Below are positions 16,593 through 25,564 of a stretch of 64,000 bases of DNA, one piece after another. The position numbers were made by a program, and so were the translations under genes. The DNA comes from an uncultured Candidatus Poseidoniales archaeon (lineage in GTDB: Archaea; Thermoplasmatota; Poseidoniia; Poseidoniales; Poseidoniaceae). Position 1 is the first letter of the stretch. Every line of letters begins with the position of its first letter. The notes below the pieces were generated by a model that was not told the origin of the DNA, did no database searches, and was given only the letters and a program-made list of their open reading frames with translations. The stretch covers positions 12,570-76,569 of the forward strand of contig CACODE010000005.1 in the NCBI GenBank assembly GCA_902625885.1. Reading direction: 5' to 3'.

Positions 16593-17978
16593 ATGGCATC
16601 GGCACTTGAGTTTTACATCAATGCTTTCGATGCCGAGGATTTCTACGGCCTTCGCCTCATCATCTCTTGGGTCTCTGTGGCCGTTTTTGTTTGGCTTTTG
16701 AGCCTAAGTTACCTCGTTTGGAAAGCGGACTCAAAGTCAAACGAAAACCGATTCATGATGGTGTTGCTGATCATTGAAGGCATCAAAGCCGGTTTCCTGG
16801 TTGCCGACGCTTTTCCTTACGACAGCGATTGGGAGTGGTTATGGAATTACCTCTGGGTGTTCAAGATTGAAGTGTTCTTTTACGCGCACACAGCAGCGAT
16901 TTTGCTGTACCTCTGCATACCGATTTACTACCGAATTGAGAAACTCAACTTCATGTTCCGAGAATCGTTCCAACGTTATGCATGGTTCTTGGCACCGGTT
17001 CTTGCCTTGGCGATTTGGATGAACATCCGCGACATGAACGGTTTTTACATGGCCGACTCGGCGTGGCTGATCTGTTCAGAAGCCGGCGCTCAGCCCACCC
17101 TTAAGCTGTGGTGGGGCTCAATTCAGCCGTTCATGATCGATACGATGGAACAGATAGGCACGTGTTCAAGGTATTACGAGGTCCACCTCGTCGATGACAG
17201 CACGGCCGGGGGTCTTTGGGCCATCGCCCTTGCCTCGCCGCTGGTCACCCTTGGCGCCTTGTTCTTCATCCGTTCATCCATGAAGAGCGACCAATCAGCG
17301 GGTGAGGCTGGAAAATCGCGGCACCTCACCTCAAGGTCGTTGTACATCGGTTTCCTCGGGAAAGTCACTGGAACGATGATCTACTTCGTGACGTTGATGG
17401 TGTTAATCCCCCTGATGAACGGCGGTGAACTGGCGACGTTCGCCGATTCAACGCTCTGGCGCTTTGGAGAAGACGCCACCTCCTTTGACAGGGTCAAGTA
17501 CCTCATCTGGACGCTGTCGTTGTTGATGACGCCGCTTGCGATGGGCTTTGAGGCTTTGATGTTCGTTCACGCCGCGCTCAACGACTCGGTGTTCGGTATT
17601 GACCAAAACCTGAGGAAGACGTTCCGAACAGCCATGTTCACCGGTACGGGAGCCCTGTTGTTCTTGACGGCCACGGAAGTCATGGAGCAGGTTTTGGGTC
17701 AAGGCCTCATTGGTGGTGTGGCCATTGGTGTGATTTTCCTTGGTTTGCGGGGTCCCGTGTTGTCCGTGATTGACGGCATGTCGGGAAGGCTCATCCCGGC
17801 CACGTACACACCGGGGGAAACAGCCTACCTGCAGGCTTACGAAACGGCGATGGAAGACCGCATCATCACCTCAGAAGAACGTAAGCTGCTCAAATCGCTG
17901 GCTACGGCTTATGTCCTGTCGAACGATAGAGTCCGTGAACTCGAAGCAGAGTTCGATGCCCGCCTCGAAGAAGAATGA
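16593..17978 (+). CDS. polytopic membrane protein, hypothetical, with a charged helical C-terminal cytoplasmic tail
   Basis: About 10 predicted TM segments. The ATG at 16593 is preferred over the TTG at 16572 because of the TATA spacing. No family recognised. Confidence 0.6.
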   Translation: MASALEFYINAFDAEDFYGLRLIISWVSVAVFVWLLSLSYLVWKADSKSNENRFMMVLLIIEGIKAGFLVADAFPYDSDWEWLWNYLWVFKIEVFFYAHTAAILLYLCIPIYYRIEKLNFMFRESFQRYAWFLAPVLALAIWMNIRDMNGFYMADSAWLICSEAGAQPTLKLWWGSIQPFMIDTMEQIGTCSRYYEVHLVDDSTAGGLWAIALASPLVTLGALFFIRSSMKSDQSAGEAGKSRHLTSRSLYIGFLGKVTGTMIYFVTLMVLIPLMNGGELATFADSTLWRFGEDATSFDRVKYLIWTLSLLMTPLAMGFEALMFVHAALNDSVFGIDQNLRKTFRTAMFTGTGALLFLTATEVMEQVLGQGLIGGVAIGVIFLGLRGPVLSVIDGMSGRLIPATYTPGETAYLQAYETAMEDRIITSEERKLLKSLATAYVLSNDRVRELEAEFDARLEEE

Positions 17979-18015
17979 CCGCTCGTTCCATAAACCGGCA
18001 CGACGGACAAGCCTC

Positions 18016-18489
18016 ATGGAGATTCGCGCCCTCACGTCTTCTGAAGTTGAGGCGATGTGGACCATCAACGAACAGGGCCTTCCAGGGACGGGTCAGGTTT
18101 CTGTGGACGAACTCGCTGTTTTGATGTCGCTTTCAAACCTCTCGCTGGGCGCCTATGTTGAGGGTGAATTGCTCGGATTTGTCATCTGTTTGCCACCGGA
18201 TACGACCTATGGAAGCCTCAACTATGCGTGGTTCAACAAGCGATACGACGCGTTCGTTTACGTTGACAGAATCGCCGTGTTGACCGCCCGCAGAAACGAG
18301 GGTGTGGGCTCTGCTCTCTACCGCAGGGTCGCTGCTTTTGCAGAGGAACGCGGCGTACCGGTCGCCGCTGAGGTGAACCTGACGCCGCCAAACCCGGGTT
18401 CGATGAGGTTTCATCAGCGGTTTGGGTTTGAAGAGGTCGGTGTTTTGGATCACGGCAACAAATCCGTCACCATGTTTCTCCGGTCTTGA
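18016..18489 (+). CDS. GNAT-family N-acetyltransferase
   Basis: Acetyl-CoA motif RRNEGVGSALYRRV and C-terminal FHQRFGFEEVG, about 157 aa. The upstream part of the 17770 ORF overlaps the previous gene and is not protein-like. Confidence 0.75.
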   Translation: MEIRALTSSEVEAMWTINEQGLPGTGQVSVDELAVLMSLSNLSLGAYVEGELLGFVICLPPDTTYGSLNYAWFNKRYDAFVYVDRIAVLTARRNEGVGSALYRRVAAFAEERGVPVAAEVNLTPPNPGSMRFHQRFGFEEVGVLDHGNKSVTMFLRS

Positions 18490-18500
18490 ATTGCGCATCG

Positions 18501-18522
18501 TTGCAAAGGGTACCCATTGCAA
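18501..18522. other. 22-nt near-perfect palindrome TTGCAAAGGGTACCCATTGCAA between convergent genes
   Basis: Read directly from the sequence. It starts 12 nt after the GNAT stop. Candidate bidirectional terminator hairpin or protein-binding site. Confidence 0.35.
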
Positions 18523-18582
18523 AGCCTTCTCGATAAAAGGAATTAAACTCAAACAGCGAACATCTGAAGAGGTTGCCGAATT

Positions 18583-19491
18583 CTATGATTTTTTGACCAG
18601 TCGGGGAAACAGAGCTGGGGTGTTCTCTCTGTACTTTTGATATTCAACATCGTCTCCCCACCTCTCCAAAGCTCGTCTGTCGAGCAAGGGAATGCCGCTG
18701 ACCTTCGTTAAGAGAAGAACAACGAAGATCGGCGATAGCCAAGCCAGCCTCTCGAGGCCGGTAAAGCAGGGTATACCGAAGCAAGCAATACCTGTCCACA
18801 GAACGATTTCTCCAAGGTAGTTGGGGTGCCTTGAATACGACCACAAGCCCGTGTCTATCCACTTACCCTCATTGTTGACGTCGCTGTTGAAGGCTGTTTT
18901 TTGGTTGTCCGCCACCACCTCAACACCGAATCCAAGCAGCCACAGTGACAATCCCAAAGCATCCCATACCCCCAATGCAGGTGCCGTGCCGGCTTGACTG
19001 TTGATGACGATAACGACATTCATGGTCAAGAACACCCACAAGCCTTGGACGGTCCACGGTACAAGAAACCGAATTGGTGAGGTTTTGAGTCGGTCAAAAC
19101 GTCCATCTTTACCGGCCCGATAAATCCGAAGGTAGAGGAAAATGGACAGGCGCAGAGCCCAGATGACGACAAGTGAACTGACAATCAATTCTCGCCAACC
19201 TGGCGCCTCAGACTGCGCTCCTGCCCACAGACTGAAACCGACCACCGTGAGAAAGGTGAGGCCGCCTGTTAGGTCGTAGTAGCGTTCTGATGTTGCGATG
19301 GAGGCCGGTATCCACGCTGCCCATTGCACGCCAATGCAAATCACCGCACAGTACAGCACGGCGGAGTACCCGTTCAACTTGACCGAATTGTCGCCAACAG
19401 CACCGACCATCAAAGCGACAATGGCAAACACGGACGCCACAACGATGGTTGTCAGTCGCACATCTTGACGAGTGGAATTCATTGTACTCAA
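18583..19491 (-). CDS. DUF1295 / steroid-5-alpha-reductase-like membrane protein
   Basis: Multi-TM protein with the characteristic C-terminal block GLWSYSRHPNYLGEIVLWTG. Confidence 0.7.
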   Translation of the reverse strand: MSTMNSTRQDVRLTTIVVASVFAIVALMVGAVGDNSVKLNGYSAVLYCAVICIGVQWAAWIPASIATSERYYDLTGGLTFLTVVGFSLWAGAQSEAPGWRELIVSSLVVIWALRLSIFLYLRIYRAGKDGRFDRLKTSPIRFLVPWTVQGLWVFLTMNVVIVINSQAGTAPALGVWDALGLSLWLLGFGVEVVADNQKTAFNSDVNNEGKWIDTGLWSYSRHPNYLGEIVLWTGIACFGIPCFTGLERLAWLSPIFVVLLLTKVSGIPLLDRRALERWGDDVEYQKYRENTPALFPRLVKKS

Positions 19492-19693
19492 GAGGTTTTA
19501 CCTTGTCATCCTGTTAATAGTCATGTTTGCCCTTCCAAGCCATGTGTGCCCGTGCCACGGGCTTGCTGTAAGCCATATTCAGGCCTATCCACCTCACCGC
19601 AGGTAATAACGAAGGCACACTTGTGTATCGTGGGTGAGGGCACAAGCTCCTGCTGGAAAAAACATGATATGAACGGCAAGACTGGAATTAGGC

Positions 19694-20083
19694 ATGGCAG
19701 AATTTCTTGGAATAAGTTTGGAGAGAGAGTATGTTTGTCCCTCCTGCTCGCAGACGCTTCTGCTGGAATCGTTGGGGGAATTCGAATGCCCGCACTGCAG
19801 TCACGAATTTACCTATGGTAGGGATGAACTCATGATTGGTAGAGCTTTGTGGAAAGACCAGTCTCCGGGCAATCGACTGGTCGCCAGCATCATCTCAACA
19901 GCAGCCGTTTTGATTGGTGTGGGGATACTTTTGATCGCAGCGCTTGTCCCTCCAGTTATCTTGATATTCTTAGCGTACATAATAATCGCACCTCGTGTTC
20001 TGGAAGCATACGAGATTATCGGTTCCCATTATAGAACAAGCGGAGGCGACCTCGGTGGAAGCGGAGGCGGCGGCGGGGGCTAG
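19694..20083 (+). CDS. zinc-ribbon membrane protein with a Gly-rich C-terminus, hypothetical
   Basis: CPSCS...18...CPHCS zinc ribbon, two TM helices, and the tail GGDLGGSGGGGGG. Confidence 0.5.
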   Translation: MAEFLGISLEREYVCPSCSQTLLLESLGEFECPHCSHEFTYGRDELMIGRALWKDQSPGNRLVASIISTAAVLIGVGILLIAALVPPVILIFLAYIIIAPRVLEAYEIIGSHYRTSGGDLGGSGGGGGG

Positions 20084-20229
20084 ACGGCCTGCGGGGCCTT
20101 TCCGAACTTGAAAGAGAGATGGGGGGGTCAATGGCTGTCGGATGAAAGATTATGTGAACACCGTTCCCGACGAGTACCGAGCACATGTCCACATCCGCTT
20201 GAGAGCGCACGCTAGAGCAAGCCAAAGCA

Positions 20230-20661
20230 ATGGGGCTTGAGTTGAGCGAGGATGGCACATCATGGGTTCCAATAGGGAAACAGAATGTTGAGCCACCCGC
20301 TGTAAAACAAGGAATAAGCGAGCCCATTGTCCAAGTTTTGCCAGTGCGACACCGGATTCGAAAAGCGTTGCTCGGTTTGGGATTGCTTGCGGGCTTGGCC
20401 ATCATTGCCTTCAGTTTGAGCGATGCGCAACTCGGTAGAGACACGGGCGAATCATGCACGACTGGGTTTGGTAAATGCACCGATGAGGACAGACAAGCGA
20501 TACAAATCATCGGTATTTTTTGGTTAGGATTGGGCGTGCTCATCGTTGGCGTTGTTGGCTACATGTATCAAAGGAACAACGAAACAAACGCGGTGGACTT
20601 GGTCGAGCATCCAGAGGCCTCCCCAACACACAACAACGAATTTGAGAACCGATTTCAATGA
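20230..20661 (+). CDS. small two-TM membrane protein, hypothetical
   Basis: ORF with two hydrophobic helices flanking a Cys-containing loop. No family recognised. Confidence 0.45.
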   Translation: MGLELSEDGTSWVPIGKQNVEPPAVKQGISEPIVQVLPVRHRIRKALLGLGLLAGLAIIAFSLSDAQLGRDTGESCTTGFGKCTDEDRQAIQIIGIFWLGLGVLIVGVVGYMYQRNNETNAVDLVEHPEASPTHNNEFENRFQ

Positions 20662-20717
20662 GGGTTGCCCGTTGTTGACACCCATGGGTTGATGGTGAAC
20701 CGTTGGTTGGTTGTTCC

Positions 20718-21038
20718 ATGCGACTCTATCACAACCCTCGCTGTTCGAAATCCAGGCAGGCGCTGGCGCTGCTTGAGCAGCGAGGCGTCGCTGTGGACGT
20801 CGTTCGCTATCTGGATACGGGCATCCTAGAAGGGGACTTGCCATTGCTCGCCTCGCTTGACGGCATCGTTCGCAAAAAGGACGCAGGTGCGCCAACCATG
20901 GCGAGGCTTCGTTCACCCGCTGATGTTGAGGCGCTCTTGAAATCAAACCCAAAGTTGCTCGAGCGCCCGGTGCTGGTGGTCGACGGCAAGGCCGTTATCG
21001 GTCGTCCTCCCGAGGACGTGTTGACGCTTCTTGAGTGA
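20718..21038 (+). CDS. ArsC/Spx-family protein (YffB-like arsenate-reductase fold)
   Basis: N-terminal MRLYHNPRCSKSRQALALL and C-terminal LLERPVLV...IGRPPE. The ATG at 20718 is preferred over the TTG at 20703. Confidence 0.75.
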   Translation: MRLYHNPRCSKSRQALALLEQRGVAVDVVRYLDTGILEGDLPLLASLDGIVRKKDAGAPTMARLRSPADVEALLKSNPKLLERPVLVVDGKAVIGRPPEDVLTLLE

Positions 21039-21047
21039 AACGGGTGA

Positions 21048-22256
21048 TCATTCAGGTCGGCGAACGTACATTGCCACCGCATTGCCACCGCCGAGGCATA
21101 GCGTAACGATGCCGGACGCTGCGTTGGTTCGTCGCATGGCGCCAAGCATCGTGATGAGGCATCTCGTCCCGCTGGCGCCGAGTGGATGGCCGAGACTGAC
21201 GGCCCCCCCGTGCAGGTTGAAGCGGTCTTCGGGGATGCCGATTTCTTGAGCGACAGCGCACGATGCGGAAGCGAAGGCTTCGTTGTGTTCGTAAACATCA
21301 ACGTCCAGAACGTCCAAACCGTTGCGAGACAGGAGGGTGTTCACGGCAGGAATCGGGGCGCTCATGACGCGCTCCGGTTCAACTCCGGAGGTGCAATAAT
21401 CCTCAATGGTAGCGATAATTTCCCATCCTTGCGACGTCGCAAACGAGGCCTCGGCGATGAGCACGGCGCTGGCCCCGTCGTTGAGTGTGCTGGCGTTTCC
21501 TGCGGTGACGGACCCGTCCTTGTCGAACACCGGTCGCAGATTGCCAAGCGACTCGGCCGTGGTGCCCGGACGAACGCCTTCGTCCCTCTCAATGCGCACG
21601 GGGTCGCCCCTGCGTTGCGGAACATCAACAGCGAAGGTTTCCCAATCAAACCACCCGTTTACCCATGCCTCTGCAGCACGGTGTTGGCTACGGGCTGCGA
21701 AAGCGTCCATTGTCTCCCGGTCAATGCCGCACTCCTTGGCGATGGTCTCACCGGTGGTGCCCATGTGGACGTCGTTGTAAACGTCCCAAAGGCCGTCATG
21801 AATCATCGAGTCGACCAGCGTTGAGTCCCCCATTTTCGTACCTTTCCGCTGACCGAGAAGCAACTGAGGGGCGTTGGTCATGCTTTCCATGCCACCGGCG
21901 ATGATGGCCTTGTATTCCCCAGCCCGAACGCTGTTGGCCGCCATCATGGCGGCTTTCAGCGAGGACCCGCAGACTTTGTTGACGGTGGTGCACGGCGTGG
22001 ACACCGGTAGACCGGCACCGAGGGCCACTTGCCGCGCCGGATTTTGACCGACACCGGCTTGAAGGACTTGCCCGAAAACAACTTCATCGATAACCTCCGA
22101 TTCAGGGTCGATGTTGGCCCTCCTGAGCAGTTCTTTCACGGTCATGACGCCCAAATCCACGGCGCTCAAAGAGGCGTATGCTCCCATGAACTTCCCGATC
22201 GGTGTACGGGCGACGGCGCAAATCACGGCTTGTGGTTGACCCATGACAACGGGCAC
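21048..22256 (-). CDS. acetyl-CoA C-acetyltransferase (thiolase II, bacterial/eukaryotic type)
   Basis: ARTPIGKF, active-site VNKVCGSSLKA, NEAFA, and C-terminal GHPLGASG / LCLGGGNAVA. GTG start at 22256, alternative ATG at 22244. Confidence 0.85.
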   Translation of the reverse strand: MPVVMGQPQAVICAVARTPIGKFMGAYASLSAVDLGVMTVKELLRRANIDPESEVIDEVVFGQVLQAGVGQNPARQVALGAGLPVSTPCTTVNKVCGSSLKAAMMAANSVRAGEYKAIIAGGMESMTNAPQLLLGQRKGTKMGDSTLVDSMIHDGLWDVYNDVHMGTTGETIAKECGIDRETMDAFAARSQHRAAEAWVNGWFDWETFAVDVPQRRGDPVRIERDEGVRPGTTAESLGNLRPVFDKDGSVTAGNASTLNDGASAVLIAEASFATSQGWEIIATIEDYCTSGVEPERVMSAPIPAVNTLLSRNGLDVLDVDVYEHNEAFASASCAVAQEIGIPEDRFNLHGGAVSLGHPLGASGTRCLITMLGAMRRTNAASGIVTLCLGGGNAVAMYVRRPE

Positions 22257-22325
22257 TGCTGCTCACGCCTTCAACCTGCCCGTCGCCCATCTTTCAAGGT
22301 GAGAAGGCTTCATGAAGCCGAAGCC

Positions 22326-23162
22326 ATGGCCAGCACCATGGGGAAATTCAAAACCGAACTGAACACCACGCGAGCCAACGACGAGATGCGCAAGCCAGAG
22401 GTCACGTTGAACTTCACGCCAAACGCCCTGGCATCCGTTCTCTACAAGCAAGGTGACACGGTCGTTTTGGCTTGTTGCACCAAAGAAGCCAGGCTTCCAG
22501 GCTGGTTCCCAAGAGACGCCACAAAAGGATGGGTGCATGCCGAATATTCGCTGCTGCCCGGTTCCACCGATTCCCGTTTTCGTCGTGAGCGCCGAGGTGC
22601 AAAAGGTCGGACGCAAGAGATTGAACGCTTGATCGCTCGCTCGCTCCGGGCGGCCGTCGATCTTGAAGCGCTCGGCCCGGTGGCGCTGAACGTTGATTGC
22701 GACGTGTTGAACGCCGACGGCGGCACGCGATGCGCTTCCATCACGGCCGCAAACATAGCGCTCCGTCTCGCCGTGCGACGCCTCATCGCCCAAGGCGTGT
22801 GCCTGCCCTCAGACCTGCGCCCAACCGCTGAACAACGTAAGGATGGATGGACGCCTCCGAAACTTGACGCCCTCGAGCGCGAACACCATGAAAACAAGGT
22901 CATACCGCACGACTTGGCCGCCGTATCGGTCGGTCTTATCGACGGCGAGGTGTTTCTCGATCTTGACTACGTGCTCGACTCAAACGCCGATGTCGACATG
23001 AACATCATCAAAACAAGCGATGGCAAGTACGTTGAAGTTCAAGGAACGGGTGAAGAATCGACGTTTTCTGCAGACGAATTAACGGCGCTGTTGGCGGGGG
23101 CGGACAAAGGTCTTGCAGAACTGTTTGCCTTCCAAAAAGAAATCCTCAACGGCGCAGAATAG
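22326..23162 (+). CDS. rph: ribonuclease PH (bacterial Rph type) with an internal insertion
   Basis: Strong similarity by eye to bacterial Rph blocks (GWVHAEYSLLPGST, GRTQEIERLIARSLRAAVDL, DCDVLNADGGTRCASIT, AAVSVGLIDGE, DMNII...VEVQGTGE). The ATG at 22326 avoids overlap with the thiolase gene. Confidence 0.85.
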   Translation: MASTMGKFKTELNTTRANDEMRKPEVTLNFTPNALASVLYKQGDTVVLACCTKEARLPGWFPRDATKGWVHAEYSLLPGSTDSRFRRERRGAKGRTQEIERLIARSLRAAVDLEALGPVALNVDCDVLNADGGTRCASITAANIALRLAVRRLIAQGVCLPSDLRPTAEQRKDGWTPPKLDALEREHHENKVIPHDLAAVSVGLIDGEVFLDLDYVLDSNADVDMNIIKTSDGKYVEVQGTGEESTFSADELTALLAGADKGLAELFAFQKEILNGAE

Positions 23163-23248
23163 TCGCCTTAGAAGCAATGTTGGTCGCCTCACGACGAGCG
23201 TTGAGAGCGGAAGGCTTGATATGGCGAGGGCAGTGGCAAAGGATGCAC

Positions 23249-23324
23249 GGGTCAGTAGCTTAGTTGGGAGAGCGCGGCACTGAAGATGCCGAGGTCGCTG
23301 GTTCAAGTCCGGCCTGACCCACCA
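23249..23324 (+). tRNA. tRNA-Phe (anticodon GAA), CCA encoded
   Basis: GGGTCAGTAGCTTAGTTGGGAGAGCGCGGCACTGAAGATGCCGAGGTCGCTGGTTCAAGTCCGGCCTGACCCACCA. It has a 7-bp acceptor stem, anticodon stem CGGCA/TGCCG, loop CTGAAGA and T-arm GGTTCAAGTCC. Confidence 0.9.
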
Positions 23325-23384
23325 ACCTTACCGCAGAATAGAGGTTTAGGTGATTTACTCTATAGAATATGCTAAGCCACCTCG

Positions 23385-25556
23385 ATGCTCGTCAAAGCAG
23401 GGAAAAGGATTCATGAAGTGGATTGGGTATGCCTTACCATGGCGAAGGAAAAGGGACCTGATTCCGACGCCAACGAGGCCGTTGATGAGCAATCAAAGGC
23501 CAAAGACAGGGAAGGGAAAGAACTCCAAGAAATCCGCCAGAGGCGAATGGGTGGAGGTCGAAGGTTTCTCTCGAACATTGAGGACTTTGTCCTCATGGGC
23601 GGCATGGCTTACGGTGTGTTGTTCGCCCTTCTGTTGTTCTCAATGTCGGCGGGCATCATGGGCAACAGCACCAGCGTTGACCACACCGCCTCCACCACCT
23701 TCCTTGACATCGGCGACGAATGCACGGAAATCACGGATGAACCATGGCTGAACATCTTCCCAGACCCAGACCAGGAACTGTTCTCCATTGCCGGCCACAA
23801 CCTTCCCAACGGCGAAGCCTACCTCAACTACACTTACTTTGAAATCATCAACGAACAAACAAACTCGTTGGTAAAGGAAGACTTTGGAACGAACGAAACG
23901 GTTCGCACGATCAACAAAGCGGACAGCAGCAACGGAAGAGCCTACTTCAAAGCCCCCTACTCCGAACTTCCCGAAGGACATTTCAAACTTGAATTCCAAG
24001 TCACGGTCCACGAAGAGCGGAACAAGAGTTCACCCGTCGTTTTCAGAGGCTCCGATAACGTCTCTTTCGAACACACGCTGTCAAAGGAAACCCTTGCTTT
24101 CCTCCCCTTTGTCGAAGACGACGAGCATTCTGAAGTTCGAATAGAAGATTCCGGTCCTCGCTCTTGTTGGACCGTTCAAGACCTCGGAGATTGGGGCTAC
24201 ATCCTGATGGGGGCCGAACTCGGCGGCGGAAGGGAAACCGCCATGTTGACCGGAGGAGCCGCCGGTATTCCCGCATGGTGGATGGCCTTCATCTCCCTCT
24301 CGCTCTCCATCATCTCCTTGCTGATTATTTACCCGGTGATGTACAAGGTCTACCACCAAGACGCTGACGACATCCTCTCACGAGCCCACATCGTTCGCGT
24401 CGTTGAGGACACGGTCTACAAGGTCGGCGACCAACTCGGCATTGAAATTGACAAAGATTTGTTCAAAACAGAAACAAGGGACCTGTCCATTGACATCATG
24501 GTCGCCTACCAGAACACGGAAAACACCCTCTCCGACTCCAACGAGGTGCGGGCGGAACTTCTGCGCAACCTGCTGGAAGAATTTGCCATTTTCAGGGTGT
24601 TCAAGCCCGTCCAACTGAACGTTCGTGTCATCGGTGGAGGACAAAACGTCGACTTTGACTCGGGCGTTGGTATTGGCGCCAGCAGCGACGACGCCGACCT
24701 CAAAGAGGAGCGACAGGACTATTCCAGCTTCTTTTCGGAGTTGCACTCGCTTTCGAGAATTGAAGACGACGTGCGCGACAGTTTGGATTTGTTTTTCACA
24801 CGACGCTCCGATGTGGAGATGAACGGCGCCGTCGTGACGAGCGACGATCGGGTCATCTTTGTGTCCGTGATTTTCCGGCCGACGCAACGGTTTGCCTGGT
24901 TGCGGTTCAACAAAACCTCTACGCAAATCAAAGACGAGCTCTACCGGTTTATTCACGAGCGAAACGCGGACCTGTTGGGTTCTCAGGAACTTGTCGTCAA
25001 AACGCGAAACGAAGTGTCGACGCTGGCCGACAGGTCCGGTGCTGGCCGTGTGGAGCGCCGCTCGCAAGCCGATGACGAACGCATTGTGGCTGTTGCAAAA
25101 CAGGACGGTTTAGGGGGCCGAGTGCTGCAGACAAAATTCCTCGGTGATACGCTCTCAACGGTGGAATACATGGCCAACGAAAAACGAGAAATGATCAACA
25201 AATGGGGATTTTGGGGACTGATTTTCTTCGTCTGGATTCCGTTCATGGCCTCCGGTGTCTTGGTTGGCGCCATGCTGGGTCTTCTTTCCCGTATGCAGTT
25301 CATGCGGGTGTTGCTGGCGACCCTCATTGGCGGTTCCATCGCTTCTGTCACTTGGGCTTACACTGCGGAAGGCATTGTCAAATTCATGCATCAATACAAA
25401 CTTGAGGTGTTCATTCCGTTGGTCATTGCGGTGTTTATCCTCATGGCCGTTCTACACATACGCTCAACCAAGATGCGACGGCAGACAGAACTGTTTGAAG
25501 ACACGCTTCTCGACAATTTCCACGCCGATATTATCGCCAAGTATGGCGACCAGTAG
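23385..25556 (+). CDS. large membrane protein, hypothetical; the C-terminal TM bundle resembles the small multidrug export (COG2426-like) family
   Basis: Basic cytoplasmic N-terminus, one TM, about 230-aa ectodomain, TM pair, about 300-aa soluble region, and a C-terminal block WGFWGLIFFVWIPFMASGVLVGAMLGLL. Alternative start at 23439 (MAKEKG). Confidence 0.5.
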   Translation: MLVKAGKRIHEVDWVCLTMAKEKGPDSDANEAVDEQSKAKDREGKELQEIRQRRMGGGRRFLSNIEDFVLMGGMAYGVLFALLLFSMSAGIMGNSTSVDHTASTTFLDIGDECTEITDEPWLNIFPDPDQELFSIAGHNLPNGEAYLNYTYFEIINEQTNSLVKEDFGTNETVRTINKADSSNGRAYFKAPYSELPEGHFKLEFQVTVHEERNKSSPVVFRGSDNVSFEHTLSKETLAFLPFVEDDEHSEVRIEDSGPRSCWTVQDLGDWGYILMGAELGGGRETAMLTGGAAGIPAWWMAFISLSLSIISLLIIYPVMYKVYHQDADDILSRAHIVRVVEDTVYKVGDQLGIEIDKDLFKTETRDLSIDIMVAYQNTENTLSDSNEVRAELLRNLLEEFAIFRVFKPVQLNVRVIGGGQNVDFDSGVGIGASSDDADLKEERQDYSSFFSELHSLSRIEDDVRDSLDLFFTRRSDVEMNGAVVTSDDRVIFVSVIFRPTQRFAWLRFNKTSTQIKDELYRFIHERNADLLGSQELVVKTRNEVSTLADRSGAGRVERRSQADDERIVAVAKQDGLGGRVLQTKFLGDTLSTVEYMANEKREMINKWGFWGLIFFVWIPFMASGVLVGAMLGLLSRMQFMRVLLATLIGGSIASVTWAYTAEGIVKFMHQYKLEVFIPLVIAVFILMAVLHIRSTKMRRQTELFEDTLLDNFHADIIAKYGDQ

Positions 25557-25564
25557 GTGAAACG

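Noticed and set aside
20659-20670. Recurring TGAGGGTTGCCC / GGTTGCCC motif near gene starts (also at 52668-52679, and reverse-complemented near 11141-11148)
   Set aside because: An 8-mer is expected about twice by chance in 128 kb of two-strand sequence. The positions relative to start codons are inconsistent (0, 26 and 48 nt). I treat it as coincidence unless genome-wide counts say otherwise.
22029-22325. 5' extension of the RNase PH ORF, and the similar extensions 17770-18015 (GNAT) and 57222-57365 (TPMT)
   Set aside because: These extensions overlap the neighbouring genes and do not resemble the family N-termini. In-frame ATGs at 22326, 18016 and 57366 restore normal protein lengths.
23163-23384. 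tRNA-Phe (and tRNA-Gln at 11232-11307) as possible integration hotspots for a mobile element
   Set aside because: There is no integrase, transposase or phage-like gene nearby. I saw no duplicated tRNA 3' fragment by eye, though an exhaustive repeat search was not possible.
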